Assembly: GCA_963675295.2 (NCBI GenBank)
Contig: CAXXKJ010000002.1
Coordinates: 2,656,001 to 2,720,000, forward strand
DNA from: a bacterium
GTDB lineage: Bacteria > Electryoneota > Electryoneia > Electryoneales > Electryoneaceae
Direction: 5' to 3'
Length of the DNA stretch: 64,000 nt
How positions within the stretch are numbered: position 1 is the first letter of the stretch; the number at the start of each line of letters is the position of its first letter. The notes below the pieces were generated by a model. That model was not told the origin of the DNA and did no database searches. It saw only the letters and a program-made list of their open reading frames with translations. A program made the position numbers and the translations under genes. Positions 9,037 to 18,866 of this stretch are shown piece by piece.

Positions 9037-10586
9037 GGAGCCGAAGTCGATTCGGGCGGGATTTCTCCGGGTTCATACCGGGCTACGTAATAGTCGTCAA
9101 TTACACCATCGGTTTTCAACTGCTGCGCGTACGCGGTGGCTTCTTCCGTTGACGCGTAATGACCGAGGTGAACCCGGTACCAGGTCTTGTTGTCCTGGGT
9201 GGTGGTAACGAGGTAGGCGTCCTGATCCTGACGGCGCAAGCTGCGGATCATCTGTACCGCGCGTTCCCGTGTCGGGAGGGCGCTGACTTGCAACGTGTAC
9301 GGCAACTCGGACTGAACGGCGGTCTGCACTGTCTGTGGCGATTCGGCAGGCGTTTCGTCAGAGTCGAACGCGCGATAGATCCCGAACCCGACCACTGCGA
9401 TGATCACCAGGGCAGCCGCCACGATCAGCCACGGACGGATACCGTGCTTCACGTCCTCCCCAACCGGCGGGATCGTGAAGTCGCCCTCCTGGTCGATCCC
9501 TTCCCTGCCTTCCGCATCAAACGGGATCGTCATCGCAGCTTTCGCCGGAGTTTTTTGCTTCGGCGCGATGATCTCGGGTTCGTCTTTGGTGTCCGATTCG
9601 AACTGAATGTTGTCGGCGTCGTCCCAGATCGACTCGGCTGGTGGTGCTTCCTCTGGCTTGCCAAACGGGGAGAACAGCTGCGTGTCGGCATTCGCCGCTG
9701 AGTCTGTCGAATCCCCGGTGGAGTGGGTCAGTGAACGCAATGTCGCTACCAGTTCCGGGTCCGAGCCGGAACTCTCGAGGGCGTCGGCAGTACGTTTCAT
9801 CTCCGCGGTCAACTCGAGTGACGATTGCTGCTGCAGGAACGCGTCTACAAAAATCCTGCCGGCGATTTCATCACGTCGGCGTGTCGCCAGCAGACGGCGG
9901 GTTAATGGTGGCAGCAGCACCTGTTCCAAGGTGTCATTGGCGCTCTGGTAGGCACGAATCCACGATTGTTCGAGCACGATCAGCTGATCGGCGGGATGAC
10001 TGGAGAGCTCGCGTGTCATCGACTCGCGCGCCAGACGCACCGCCAGCCCGGTTTCGTAGGGGCGGTCTTTTAACAGCGCCAGACCGACCCGCCACGCGGT
10101 CTCGCTAAGGAATTCACTGCTCTTCAGGGCTGCACGGGTCTCGTCCATCAGGGTCGGATTCTGCCGAATGTGCGACCACGCGAGCAGGTAGATGTCCCAC
10201 GCCCATGCGTCCCGTTCATGCCGTTGCAGCAGGACAGTGGCAAGATTCCGCAGGTACCTCGCGAGCAGACGGTCTGCGATTGGTGGGAAAATGACTGGTC
10301 CGGACAGACGGCGGATTACCTTGCGGACAGTCATTTCGCCGCCGTCGGGGATAACGCCGTTTTCCAGCGGCTGCCACTGTTTACGCCAGTACAGGATGAG
10401 CCAGCCGTCGATCAAAAGCAGCGCCAGTCCGATTCCGATCAGCAGCGGCGCGAACAGCATTACCGCTGGGAACAACGGTGGCAGGTTGGTACCGGGTAAA
10501 ACAAACAGCCACATCACCAGCAGCATCAGCAGGGCGAGGATCATGCCGGTTGCGACGCGTGCGAGGATCGCAGAGAACCAGTTCAT
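9033..10586 (-). CDS. Membrane protein with a C-terminal SPOR peptidoglycan-binding domain
   Basis: Two N-terminal TM helices, a helical domain, an acidic linker, a third TM, then SPOR-like YTLQVSA...WYRVHLGHY...EA. Confidence 0.8.
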   Translation of the reverse strand: MNWFSAILARVATGMILALLMLLVMWLFVLPGTNLPPLFPAVMLFAPLLIGIGLALLLIDGWLILYWRKQWQPLENGVIPDGGEMTVRKVIRRLSGPVIFPPIADRLLARYLRNLATVLLQRHERDAWAWDIYLLAWSHIRQNPTLMDETRAALKSSEFLSETAWRVGLALLKDRPYETGLAVRLARESMTRELSSHPADQLIVLEQSWIRAYQSANDTLEQVLLPPLTRRLLATRRRDEIAGRIFVDAFLQQQSSLELTAEMKRTADALESSGSDPELVATLRSLTHSTGDSTDSAANADTQLFSPFGKPEEAPPAESIWDDADNIQFESDTKDEPEIIAPKQKTPAKAAMTIPFDAEGREGIDQEGDFTIPPVGEDVKHGIRPWLIVAAALVIIAVVGFGIYRAFDSDETPAESPQTVQTAVQSELPYTLQVSALPTRERAVQMIRSLRRQDQDAYLVTTTQDNKTWYRVHLGHYASTEEATAYAQQLKTDGVIDDYYVARYEPGEIPPESTSAP

Positions 10587-12814
10587 CGGCGGCCTCCACG
10601 CGAATCGAGATCTTCAACCGACGGAATCGAATCCATCGGGTCCTCGTACAGCAGCGAGTCGAACGCATCCTGCGGCGTGAAGCTACCCCACCGTGCGCGG
10701 ACACTGTCCCACGGCGGCACGTAGAACGGCGATTCCTCCCACGGCACCCCGACGTAGCGGTCCCATTCGTCCATCACGCGGTCGAGATTGTCCCAGTCCT
10801 CGATGCGATCCAGCATCAGCAGCCTGTAGTCGGGCAGCTCAGTGTCCTCATGCACCGCCAGCCGAATCCCGCCCGGTTCGTCCGGATCCATCAACTCGCC
10901 GGTCGCCGGGTGAATCTTGACGAAGCGCACACCGGTCGGAACACGGAACTCACGTGGTGGGTCGCCCTCGGTCGCGCGTTTCATGAACACCGTCCACACT
11001 GGCAGCGCGCCGGTTGTTCCAGTGATCCCGGCACCGGACGCTGCACGCATCGGGCGGTTATCGTCATACCCAACCCACGCGCAGGTCGCCAACCGCGGTG
11101 TCGCGCCGAGGAACCACGAGTCGCGGTAATCGTTGGTCGTTCCGGTTTTTCCGATCGCGGGTAAGTCGAAGCCCATTCGTCGCACCGAACGGCCGGTGCC
11201 GCCTTCGATCACACCCTCCATCATGTCGATCAACAGGTAGACGTCATCTGCGTCGAACGCCGGTTTCCGCCTCACGATCTGTTCTTCCAGCACCCGTCCG
11301 TGCAGGTCTTCAACACGCGTTATCAGGTACGGATCGACCGCCTGCCCGAGATTGGCAATGCCCGCACCGATCCCTGCCAGCTCGATGGCGTTGACTGAGG
11401 TCGCACCGAGCGCAATTGCGGGGTTTGGTGTCTGTTCGGAGTGAACGTTGAAGCGGTATAGCGACTCTACCATCGCATCCGCGCCGATGGTCATCACCAG
11501 CTTGGCGGCGACGGTGTTCAGCGATCGCATCAACGCCACTTTCAGCGGCATCACGCCGTAAAATCGCGGGGTGAAGTTGCGTGGTGTCCACGGCCGGGAT
11601 CCGGGAATGGTGATCGTCACCGACGAATCACTCACCATCGACGCAGGCGTAATCCCCGCCTGCTCGATCGCGGTCAGGTACAGCACCGGCTTGAGAACAG
11701 ACCCCATGTTGCGTGAGGACTGGATCGTGCGGTTGAACTGGCTCTGCACCCAGTCACGCCCACCGACAAGCGCCCGCACCGCGCCGGTTGCCGCCTCGAC
11801 GGAAACCAGCGCGCCCTGCGGACGGTCAGCCGAATCCCGTTTCGCCGCGTTCCACTCAGGTAGGCCCATGCGCTCGTCCAGCATCGCAAGGCCTTCCTGC
11901 ACCGACTCGACGGCGTAGCGTTGCAACAGCGGGTCCATCGTGGTGTATATCTTCAGTCCGCCGTGGTACAGGACAGTTTGGCCGTAGCGATCCTCGAGCT
12001 CGTCAAGGACTGCGTCGAGGAAGTAAGAGCCCTCGTCGGCGTGGTCGTACAACGGACGGTAATGCAGCGTGGTATTCAATGCGCGCTGGTACTCGGTCTG
12101 CGTAATCCAGCCGAGGCTGAACATGCGGTACAGCACCCAGCTCTGGCGTTCACGGGCGAGTTCCGGATTGCGGTACGGGTTGTATCGCGACGGGCTCTGC
12201 GGCAGACCAGCGAGCAATGTCGCTTCGGCGAGTGTCAGTTCGGACGCGTGTTTGCCGAAATACACCCGTGCCGCTTCCTCAACGCCGTAAGCGAAGTTTC
12301 CGAACGGGATACCGTTGATGTACGCTTCGAGGATGTCATCTTTGCTGAACCGGCGCTCGATTTCGAACGCTGCGAGGATTTCCTTGAATTTGCGCGACCA
12401 GGATTTCTCGAAGCTGAAGAACAGGTTTTTTGCGAGTTGCTGGCTGATGGTGCTGCCGCCCCGCGCGTCGTTGCCGAGGATGGCGCTGACGGTGGCGCGA
12501 ATCAGAGCAGGTTTGTCGATGCCGGCATGCGAATAGAACTGGTCATCCTCAACGGCGAGTACCGCTTGACGGAACACCGGCGCAACGCGTTCGATCGGAA
12601 TCGAGCTGCGTCCTCCCACCTGGGCGATGATCGAGCCGTCCGCCGCAAATACCTCGGTCGGCGGCACGGAGATCAACTCGGACAGTTCAGCGGGCACACG
12701 CGGTACTGTCGGCAATACTACCGCGATCACGATCAGGATCGTGAACACGACTGCGACAAATGCGCCGAGGAAGGAGTACATCAGGATTGTGAGCACCCGC
12801 GGAAATCCGTTCAC
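10583..12814 (-). CDS. Class A penicillin-binding protein (PBP1A family)
   Basis: GT51 motifs EDDQFYSHAG, GGSTISQQL and RKFKE; transpeptidase motifs SVLK (SxxK), SLN (SxN) and KTG. Confidence 0.93.
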   Translation of the reverse strand: MNGFPRVLTILMYSFLGAFVAVVFTILIVIAVVLPTVPRVPAELSELISVPPTEVFAADGSIIAQVGGRSSIPIERVAPVFRQAVLAVEDDQFYSHAGIDKPALIRATVSAILGNDARGGSTISQQLAKNLFFSFEKSWSRKFKEILAAFEIERRFSKDDILEAYINGIPFGNFAYGVEEAARVYFGKHASELTLAEATLLAGLPQSPSRYNPYRNPELARERQSWVLYRMFSLGWITQTEYQRALNTTLHYRPLYDHADEGSYFLDAVLDELEDRYGQTVLYHGGLKIYTTMDPLLQRYAVESVQEGLAMLDERMGLPEWNAAKRDSADRPQGALVSVEAATGAVRALVGGRDWVQSQFNRTIQSSRNMGSVLKPVLYLTAIEQAGITPASMVSDSSVTITIPGSRPWTPRNFTPRFYGVMPLKVALMRSLNTVAAKLVMTIGADAMVESLYRFNVHSEQTPNPAIALGATSVNAIELAGIGAGIANLGQAVDPYLITRVEDLHGRVLEEQIVRRKPAFDADDVYLLIDMMEGVIEGGTGRSVRRMGFDLPAIGKTGTTNDYRDSWFLGATPRLATCAWVGYDDNRPMRAASGAGITGTTGALPVWTVFMKRATEGDPPREFRVPTGVRFVKIHPATGELMDPDEPGGIRLAVHEDTELPDYRLLMLDRIEDWDNLDRVMDEWDRYVGVPWEESPFYVPPWDSVRARWGSFTPQDAFDSLLYEDPMDSIPSVEDLDSRGGRR

Positions 12815-13743
12815 AAGTCCATTCCCCCGCCCGGTATCATTCGCTGCACCTCTTCCGCGAGTTGTTGACCGATCTGTTTCGTCAGCCAGTAGACATACAC
12901 CCGTTGCGTGTCGCCCTGCTGCACCTCAAACGCGATCTGCCACATCCCGTCTTCCGGCTTCGTTGGAAGACCCACCAGCGTCAACTCACCCTCGAGGCCG
13001 GAAATCCAGCGAATGTCGCTGCCGTCCAGCTCGACGGGACCGCTCGGCGCGAGGGCGTTGAAGAACGTTTCCGCATCCAGCACCAGCGGGAATCGCGACA
13101 GTTCGCGCAAATTGCGTTCAATTGGCACACGCAACGATTCGTAGCGGTTGAAAAAATCGTCGGACAGGCGGCTTTCATGCAACACGAAGTTGTCCGCACT
13201 GATCAGATAGACCTTGTAGAGCTGGTCTTCTTCGACGAAGAAGACACGCCGCCAATCGCCGCTGGAACGTGAGCGCAGCAGGCTGATCGGATCGACCAGC
13301 GATTCCTGGAATGCCGTCGGCAGTTGGCCGTACAAGGTGAGGAAGCGTTCCGGGCTGATGGAGAAGACCTGGAAGGAATCGAGGATCGCCGGAATCTGTT
13401 CCCAGGTATCGAGGGTTGCCCCGGCTGCCCGGCGTTGACGAGTTAACGCCGCCATGTCACTGAGCTTGTCGAGTGCCTCGGTGCCTTCCCGGTTCAGGTC
13501 CCAGCCACGCCCGACTTCTTCGCGCAGATCCTGCGAGTCGAGCATGTAAGCCCCAAGCGCCTGCTCCACGGGCGAGTACGCCCATTCCAACACTCCCGCC
13601 ACGAGAATCAGCAGGGTCAACAGGGTTGGAACCAACCAGCCAGAGTTTCCCGCACCCGCCCAGCGGCGGGCCTGGGTTACAAGTTCCCGGTCAGATTTCG
13701 GGATGGAGGCCAAGGCACCGGATCCTTCAGCTTTGTTCGCCAT
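12811..13743 (-). CDS. Hypothetical single-pass membrane protein
   Basis: Co-oriented ORF whose stop overlaps the PBP start; one hydrophobic helix (WLVPTLLTLLILVAGVLEW). No recognisable family; start uncertain. Confidence 0.65.
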   Translation of the reverse strand: MANKAEGSGALASIPKSDRELVTQARRWAGAGNSGWLVPTLLTLLILVAGVLEWAYSPVEQALGAYMLDSQDLREEVGRGWDLNREGTEALDKLSDMAALTRQRRAAGATLDTWEQIPAILDSFQVFSISPERFLTLYGQLPTAFQESLVDPISLLRSRSSGDWRRVFFVEEDQLYKVYLISADNFVLHESRLSDDFFNRYESLRVPIERNLRELSRFPLVLDAETFFNALAPSGPVELDGSDIRWISGLEGELTLVGLPTKPEDGMWQIAFEVQQGDTQRVYVYWLTKQIGQQLAEEVQRMIPGGGMDL

Positions 13744-14606
13744 GCGCGCAGGTACGCGGCAGCGGGTTTCGGACCATCGGCGAGGTAGAGGAACGCCGTA
13801 TAGAATACCACAAACGGGGGTGTCAGGATACGCCGGATGAAACGCAGGCATGGCGGTGTCCAGCGTTCGAAGAACAGTCGTCCGGCCAGTGTCCGGTAGA
13901 CCATCTTCAACGGCGAGCGTCCCCCACCACTACTCGCGGACACATTGTGCACGAGAACGGCTTCCGGATTGACCACCATGCGTTTTTCCGCACGCCACAC
14001 CCGGGTGGACCAGTCCACGTCTTCTGCGTACATGCCGTAACTGGAATCAAGTTCCCCATGATCGTCCCACGCCCACGCCGGACTTAGCCAGCAGCAACCG
14101 GTGACAAACTGCGTATCGAAGGGTGATTTACGGAATTCTGAAAGCCGTTCGTGCTGACCGTTGTGTCTCGTCCACGAGATCGGAAACAGGACCTGGCCAC
14201 CGGCATACCAGATACGGTCGTCCGGACTGTCGTACAGAATCACGGGACTGACGGCAGCGATGTGTTCGTGCCGGTCGTTGTCGAGGAACGTCGCCAGCGA
14301 ATCGACCATTCCGGGTTGCACACGTACATCCGGATTGATCAGGCCGATGTAAGGAAAGCCGCACTCCAGCGCGTAGCGGATGCCGATGTTGGTTGCTTCG
14401 GCGAACGGCTTGTTGTCTTCATGGCCGATATAATAGACGCGCCCGGAGAGCTGTGAGGCTCGCACGCCGGAACCGTCCGTCGTTCCGTTATCCACCAGCA
14501 CCAGCAGGTCGTCATCCGACAGATCCGCGAGCAGAGAGTTCACCGACGCGAGGGTTTCTTCGCCCCCGTTATGGTTCACCATGACAAATGCTGCCCGCAG
14601 ATTCAC
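13677..14606 (-). CDS. Glycosyltransferase family 2 (rhamnosyltransferase-like)
   Basis: VMVNHNG, LVDNGTTDGS, LINPD, GCCWL and YAEDVDWS motifs. Confidence 0.87.
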   Translation of the reverse strand: MNLRAAFVMVNHNGGEETLASVNSLLADLSDDDLLVLVDNGTTDGSGVRASQLSGRVYYIGHEDNKPFAEATNIGIRYALECGFPYIGLINPDVRVQPGMVDSLATFLDNDRHEHIAAVSPVILYDSPDDRIWYAGGQVLFPISWTRHNGQHERLSEFRKSPFDTQFVTGCCWLSPAWAWDDHGELDSSYGMYAEDVDWSTRVWRAEKRMVVNPEAVLVHNVSASSGGGRSPLKMVYRTLAGRLFFERWTPPCLRFIRRILTPPFVVFYTAFLYLADGPKPAAAYLRAWRTKLKDPVPWPPSRNLTGNL

Positions 14607-15736
14607 CTGTCCTCCAGTACGTTTGCCGCCAACGCTGACCACGAGTAAACGTCAGCCGCCTGCTCGGCGATATTGTTCCGTTTGCGCCGCCACGTCTCCA
14701 ATCCAGAATTAAGGAATCGTTTCAAGGCGACAACAAGGCTTTCGGTGTCGCCGGGTTCCGCGAGACACCCGTTCTCACCTTCCCGGATGATCTCGCTCAA
14801 CGCCCCGGTCGCGGTTGCTATGACCGGCGCACCGCCTGCGAGCGCGATCATGGCGATACCGCTCTGTGTCGCATGCCGGTAGGGCAATACGACAGCATCC
14901 GCAGCCTCGCAGCGCAGCGCCAATTCATCATCACTTAGATAACGATTTTCCAGCCGGACGCGTTCCCCATGCCCGAGTTCGCGCTGCAGATTCTGGTAGC
15001 TGGAAATATCGTCGTAAAATTCACCGATTACATCGAGTTGGAGCTCTCGTTCAATCTGTGCAACCGCTCGCAGCAAAATGTCCACGCCTTTGTAGGCACG
15101 AACCAGACCAAGGTGCACCAGGTACGGTGTTTCTTCGCTGATGTCGAGTGTCTTTCGGGCCTCAACGTAGCGTGCCAGCGGATGGCTGCCCTTGCGTCCG
15201 GCGAAGTAATGGCTGTACACCGGGTGCGGCTGCACGACTCCTCGTGTTTTCGGCGCGATGCGTTCCAGGATGGTCAACTGATCAGCGGCGCCAACAATGA
15301 CGCGATCCGCCTGCCGGTATAATCCCGGGTTGAGCAGACGACCGACCAGGGCGTGTTCATGAGGCAGCACGTTGTGTGCGATGACCACCTTCGGCTTGAC
15401 GCCGGCCCAATGAGCGATGAAACGCAGGCAGGGCGTGAAGAACGGGTGCCAGTGCTGCATGACGAGCCGTTCCGCACCGAAGCCACGGATCAACCTGATC
15501 GCATGCAGCCACGTGTTCGGCTTCCACGCGTTCAGAATCGGGTAGGAATCGACGATCGGGTCAGCGCTCTCGTCGTACTGGTTGCTGCCGGGAAACAGGA
15601 AGGCCGGGTACAGCACATCGTAGCTGATCGGGAGTACCTCATGGCCCTGGTTGAGCAGTTCGTTCAGCAGGTTGAGATTGTAGCTCGAGATGCCGCCACG
15701 CAGTGGTGGCAGCGGTCCGATCAGGGCGAGTTTCAT
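14603..15736 (-). CDS. Glycosyltransferase family 4
   Basis: IGPLPPLRGGI, HNVLPHE, GLVRAYKGVD and VLPYRHATQSG motifs. Confidence 0.88.
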   Translation of the reverse strand: MKLALIGPLPPLRGGISSYNLNLLNELLNQGHEVLPISYDVLYPAFLFPGSNQYDESADPIVDSYPILNAWKPNTWLHAIRLIRGFGAERLVMQHWHPFFTPCLRFIAHWAGVKPKVVIAHNVLPHEHALVGRLLNPGLYRQADRVIVGAADQLTILERIAPKTRGVVQPHPVYSHYFAGRKGSHPLARYVEARKTLDISEETPYLVHLGLVRAYKGVDILLRAVAQIERELQLDVIGEFYDDISSYQNLQRELGHGERVRLENRYLSDDELALRCEAADAVVLPYRHATQSGIAMIALAGGAPVIATATGALSEIIREGENGCLAEPGDTESLVVALKRFLNSGLETWRRKRNNIAEQAADVYSWSALAANVLEDR

Positions 15737-16734
15737 TCGGCTGGTGGCAGTTGCCGCGTTTGACGTTTCAGGCGTTCAATGCGTTCTGTCTTTTGCCTCA
15801 TGTGGTTAATCTGTTCACCGAGCAGTCCCATCGAGAAAAACTGCACGCCGACAATCAGCAGCAGAATCCCGAGGAAGAACAGCGGCCGGTCACCGATCGG
15901 TTGTCCCATGTACCACTGGATCGTTAGCAACGCCAGGATGCCGAAGCCGACAAAGCCCGACACCAGCCCAAACGCGCCGAACAGGTGCATCGGACGAGCT
16001 GCGTACTTGACGAGAAACAGGACGGTCAGCAGGTCGAGGAAACCGTGCAGGAAACGTGACAGGCCAAACTTCGTCTTGCCCCAACGCCGCGGATGGTGCT
16101 GCACCACCAGCTCGCCAACGGTGAACCCCTGCGACTTGGCGAGGATCGGGATAAACCGGTGCAGTTCGCCGTACAGTTCGAAGGTTTCGACCACTTCCCG
16201 GCGGTAGATCTTGAGGCCGCAGTTGAAGTCGTGAATCTTGATGCCGCTGCTCATCCGTGCGACACCGTTGAAGAATTTCGATGGCAGGGTCTTGGAGATC
16301 GGATCATGCCGCTTCTTCTTCCAACCGCTGACCATGTCGTAGCCGTCATCCAGCCGTTTGATCAGCTTCGGGATTTCGTTGGGGTCGTCCTGCAGGTCGG
16401 CGTCCATCGTGACGACAAGTTTCCCCCGGGCCATTTCAAACCCGGCGGACAGTGCGGCGGATTTTCCCTGGTTGCGGCGGAAATGGATGACATGAACCCG
16501 TGGATCCGAGGCCTTGAACTGCTCGAGCAGGTCGAAACTGCCGTCCCGGCTGCCATCGTTGACGAAGATCAGCTCGGCGTCGACAGCTTCACGTTCCAGC
16601 ACCTCGTCGATGGCGGGTTTCAGGTGAGGCAGTGATTCATCCTCATTCCAGAGGGGAATCACAATGCTGACGTGCGGGACTTCGCCGCCAACTACCAGTC
16701 GTTCGCTTTCAACTGGAAGGGATCCGTCTTCCAT
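15733..16734 (-). CDS. Glycosyltransferase family 2, ArnC/GtrB-like (polyprenyl-phosphate glycosyltransferase)
   Basis: SIVIPLWNE, VNDGSRDGS, RNQGKSAAL, TMDADLQDDP, HDFNCGLK and two C-terminal TM helices. Start approximate. Confidence 0.88.
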   Translation of the reverse strand: MEDGSLPVESERLVVGGEVPHVSIVIPLWNEDESLPHLKPAIDEVLEREAVDAELIFVNDGSRDGSFDLLEQFKASDPRVHVIHFRRNQGKSAALSAGFEMARGKLVVTMDADLQDDPNEIPKLIKRLDDGYDMVSGWKKKRHDPISKTLPSKFFNGVARMSSGIKIHDFNCGLKIYRREVVETFELYGELHRFIPILAKSQGFTVGELVVQHHPRRWGKTKFGLSRFLHGFLDLLTVLFLVKYAARPMHLFGAFGLVSGFVGFGILALLTIQWYMGQPIGDRPLFFLGILLLIVGVQFFSMGLLGEQINHMRQKTERIERLKRQTRQLPPAE

Positions 16735-17468
16735 TCCGGGTTCAACTCCAGAGTGTCGAACGTGATGCCGAGTTCGGTCGGATAGGCCCCACCGCCGCGC
16801 AACTTCAAGGATTGCGCCAGCGCGACTCCGCTCAGCCGTGTGAATTGACTGTATTCCTTCAGCAGGACGAGGGATTGGGTGCCAGCCTCAAGCCAGCGTT
16901 CCTCAAGGACCCTGTCCTCCGTTGGATTATACAGAATCTGGTGTTCCAGCGACGCCTCGGCAAGTCTCCATTTCCACAGGGAGTCGGTTTCCGTAACCTC
17001 GAAGGAAACGGTGTTTTCCAGCATATCCGTGGCGGAGACTGCTCGCGGCAATGGTTCGAAGATACGAATCAGGTCTTTCGCGGGAAATGGAACACCGGTG
17101 ATTTCCTGCAGATCAAAGTCCTCAACCGACCCGGTCTCGAACTGGCCGGTGGCGAACCACGCTTCGTATCGCCCGTCCGTGATGACAATATCCCCCACCG
17201 AGATGCCGAACATCATTTTCAGGCTCAAGGACAACTGGTCGATTGGTGCAAGGTACAGCGTGCCGAACATCGTTCCGCTGAATTGGGTGTTCTTGACCTG
17301 CAGCTTGAGCCGGCCCTCGATGTGATCCATCTGGGACCAGGCGGCGGTAAGCCGAGAGTTCAGGAGTTCGGGGGACGGAGTCTGCCCGGAGAGGTCCGGT
17401 TTATGGCTGGCACAGCCTGCGAAGAAGAACAGTGTGAGAAGGAGATAAGCGGGAGCATAGCGCAGCAT
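16692..17468 (-). CDS. Lipoprotein, DUF4292/LolB-like
   Basis: Lipobox FAGC, beta-rich body, and position after a TPR lipoprotein as in FCB-group clusters. Confidence 0.6.
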   Translation of the reverse strand: MLRYAPAYLLLTLFFFAGCASHKPDLSGQTPSPELLNSRLTAAWSQMDHIEGRLKLQVKNTQFSGTMFGTLYLAPIDQLSLSLKMMFGISVGDIVITDGRYEAWFATGQFETGSVEDFDLQEITGVPFPAKDLIRIFEPLPRAVSATDMLENTVSFEVTETDSLWKWRLAEASLEHQILYNPTEDRVLEERWLEAGTQSLVLLKEYSQFTRLSGVALAQSLKLRGGGAYPTELGITFDTLELNPEWKTDPFQLKANDW

Positions 17469-17474
17469 GCGGGC

Positions 17475-18866
17475 TCACTCCTCCAGTTTGCGGGTCAACG
17501 CGACTTCGTCACCGCCAGCGTCAATCGCACGTTGCCACATCTCGCGCGCCTTGGCTGCATTCCCCATCGCGGCGTAGACATCCCCGAGATGCTCGAGGAT
17601 TTCGTAATGCTCGGGATTGATTCCCGCAGCGCGTTCGAGATAGGTAATCGCGTCCTCGTACTGGCCCTTCTGGAAGAAGATCCATCCCTTAGTATCGAGA
17701 AAGCTGGCGTTCTCGGGCTCCAGCGACAATGCGTCTTCCGACAATTCCAGCGCCCGGTCGAGGTCCTTCCCCTGTTCGGCCAGGAGATAGGCAAAATTGT
17801 TCAGGATCTGTGCATCACCGGGCGACAGTTTCAGCGCGTTATCGTACAGGTCTTCGGCCTCAGCGTAGCGGCCCTGCTCGTGGTACAGGAATCCGAGGTT
17901 GAGGAAATTCTGCGAGTCTTCCGGATCGAGCTGAATCGCACGTTTGAGCGCGGATTCGGCCTTGTCTTCCTGATCTTTGAGCATGTACACGGACGCCGCC
18001 AGAGCGTGCAGCGGAGCACTGATCGGGTTGTAGCTGAGGGCACTGTCGGCGAGTGAGATCGCGCGATCTTGATTCCCTTGAATCACTTCGAGGCGGATCC
18101 ACATGTCCCAATATCGCGGTTCTACCGGACGCATGGTTGCCGCGGCGGCGATGGATTCCACCGCGCGCGTGGTGTCGCCCATGTCGAGGTACAGACCGCC
18201 GATAAAAAACGGAATGCGGTCTTCGTCGGGACGATGGTTCTGCAACTGCTGGTAGACGTCAACTGCTTCGTCCAACCGGTCCAGCGAACTCAGCAACGAC
18301 ACTTTCCGCATCAGGATCGGCACCGGGTCGGTGTCCGGCAACTCGAGCAGGTGTTCGTATGTTTCAATGGCTTTTTCGGGCTGACCGGTGCGTTCGTACG
18401 CAACCGCCAGGTGTCTCAATGTGGTCGCATCATCCGGTTGTATTTCGCGCAGTTCTTCGAAGGTTGCGACTGCATCATTAAACAGCTGCTCGTCCAGCTG
18501 GATTTCGCCAAGATGGGTCAGGATGGTCGGCGCGTGTGTAATCCGCGCGCCTTTCTCGAGGGTGGTCCGGGCTTCGTCGAGCCGTCCAAGTTGCGAGGCC
18601 ATTTCAGCCACAGCGTGGTACAGTTCGACCTGCGTGCTGTCCCGCATCAAGCCACGGTTGTACTCGTGCAATGCGAGCCGATACTCCCCCGCCGATTCGA
18701 ACACCGAACCGGAGATGGCATAATCCATCACCTCGTCGGACGGTGGGTTCGGAGTGACGAGGTTTTCGTCTTCGGTGGCTGACGTTTTCCGCACTTCGCC
18801 GGTGCCTGCGCAACCGGCAATCAGCAACGCCAACAGGAGGATCGGGACAAGCGTTCGCTTAATCAA
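17475..18866 (-). CDS. Tetratricopeptide repeat lipoprotein
   Basis: Lipobox IAGC; many TPRs including NNFAYLLAE...FLDTKGWIFF...EILEHLGD. TTG start inferred. Confidence 0.85.
   Translation of the reverse strand: MIKRTLVPILLLALLIAGCAGTGEVRKTSATEDENLVTPNPPSDEVMDYAISGSVFESAGEYRLALHEYNRGLMRDSTQVELYHAVAEMASQLGRLDEARTTLEKGARITHAPTILTHLGEIQLDEQLFNDAVATFEELREIQPDDATTLRHLAVAYERTGQPEKAIETYEHLLELPDTDPVPILMRKVSLLSSLDRLDEAVDVYQQLQNHRPDEDRIPFFIGGLYLDMGDTTRAVESIAAAATMRPVEPRYWDMWIRLEVIQGNQDRAISLADSALSYNPISAPLHALAASVYMLKDQEDKAESALKRAIQLDPEDSQNFLNLGFLYHEQGRYAEAEDLYDNALKLSPGDAQILNNFAYLLAEQGKDLDRALELSEDALSLEPENASFLDTKGWIFFQKGQYEDAITYLERAAGINPEHYEILEHLGDVYAAMGNAAKAREMWQRAIDAGGDEVALTRKLEE

Noticed and set aside
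16812-18056. 414-aa antisense ORF, and similar ones at 11921-12868, 27758-29092, 48258-49361 and 58451-59461
   Set aside because: They mirror well-supported genes on the opposite strand and are explained by codon bias; no recognisable domains.
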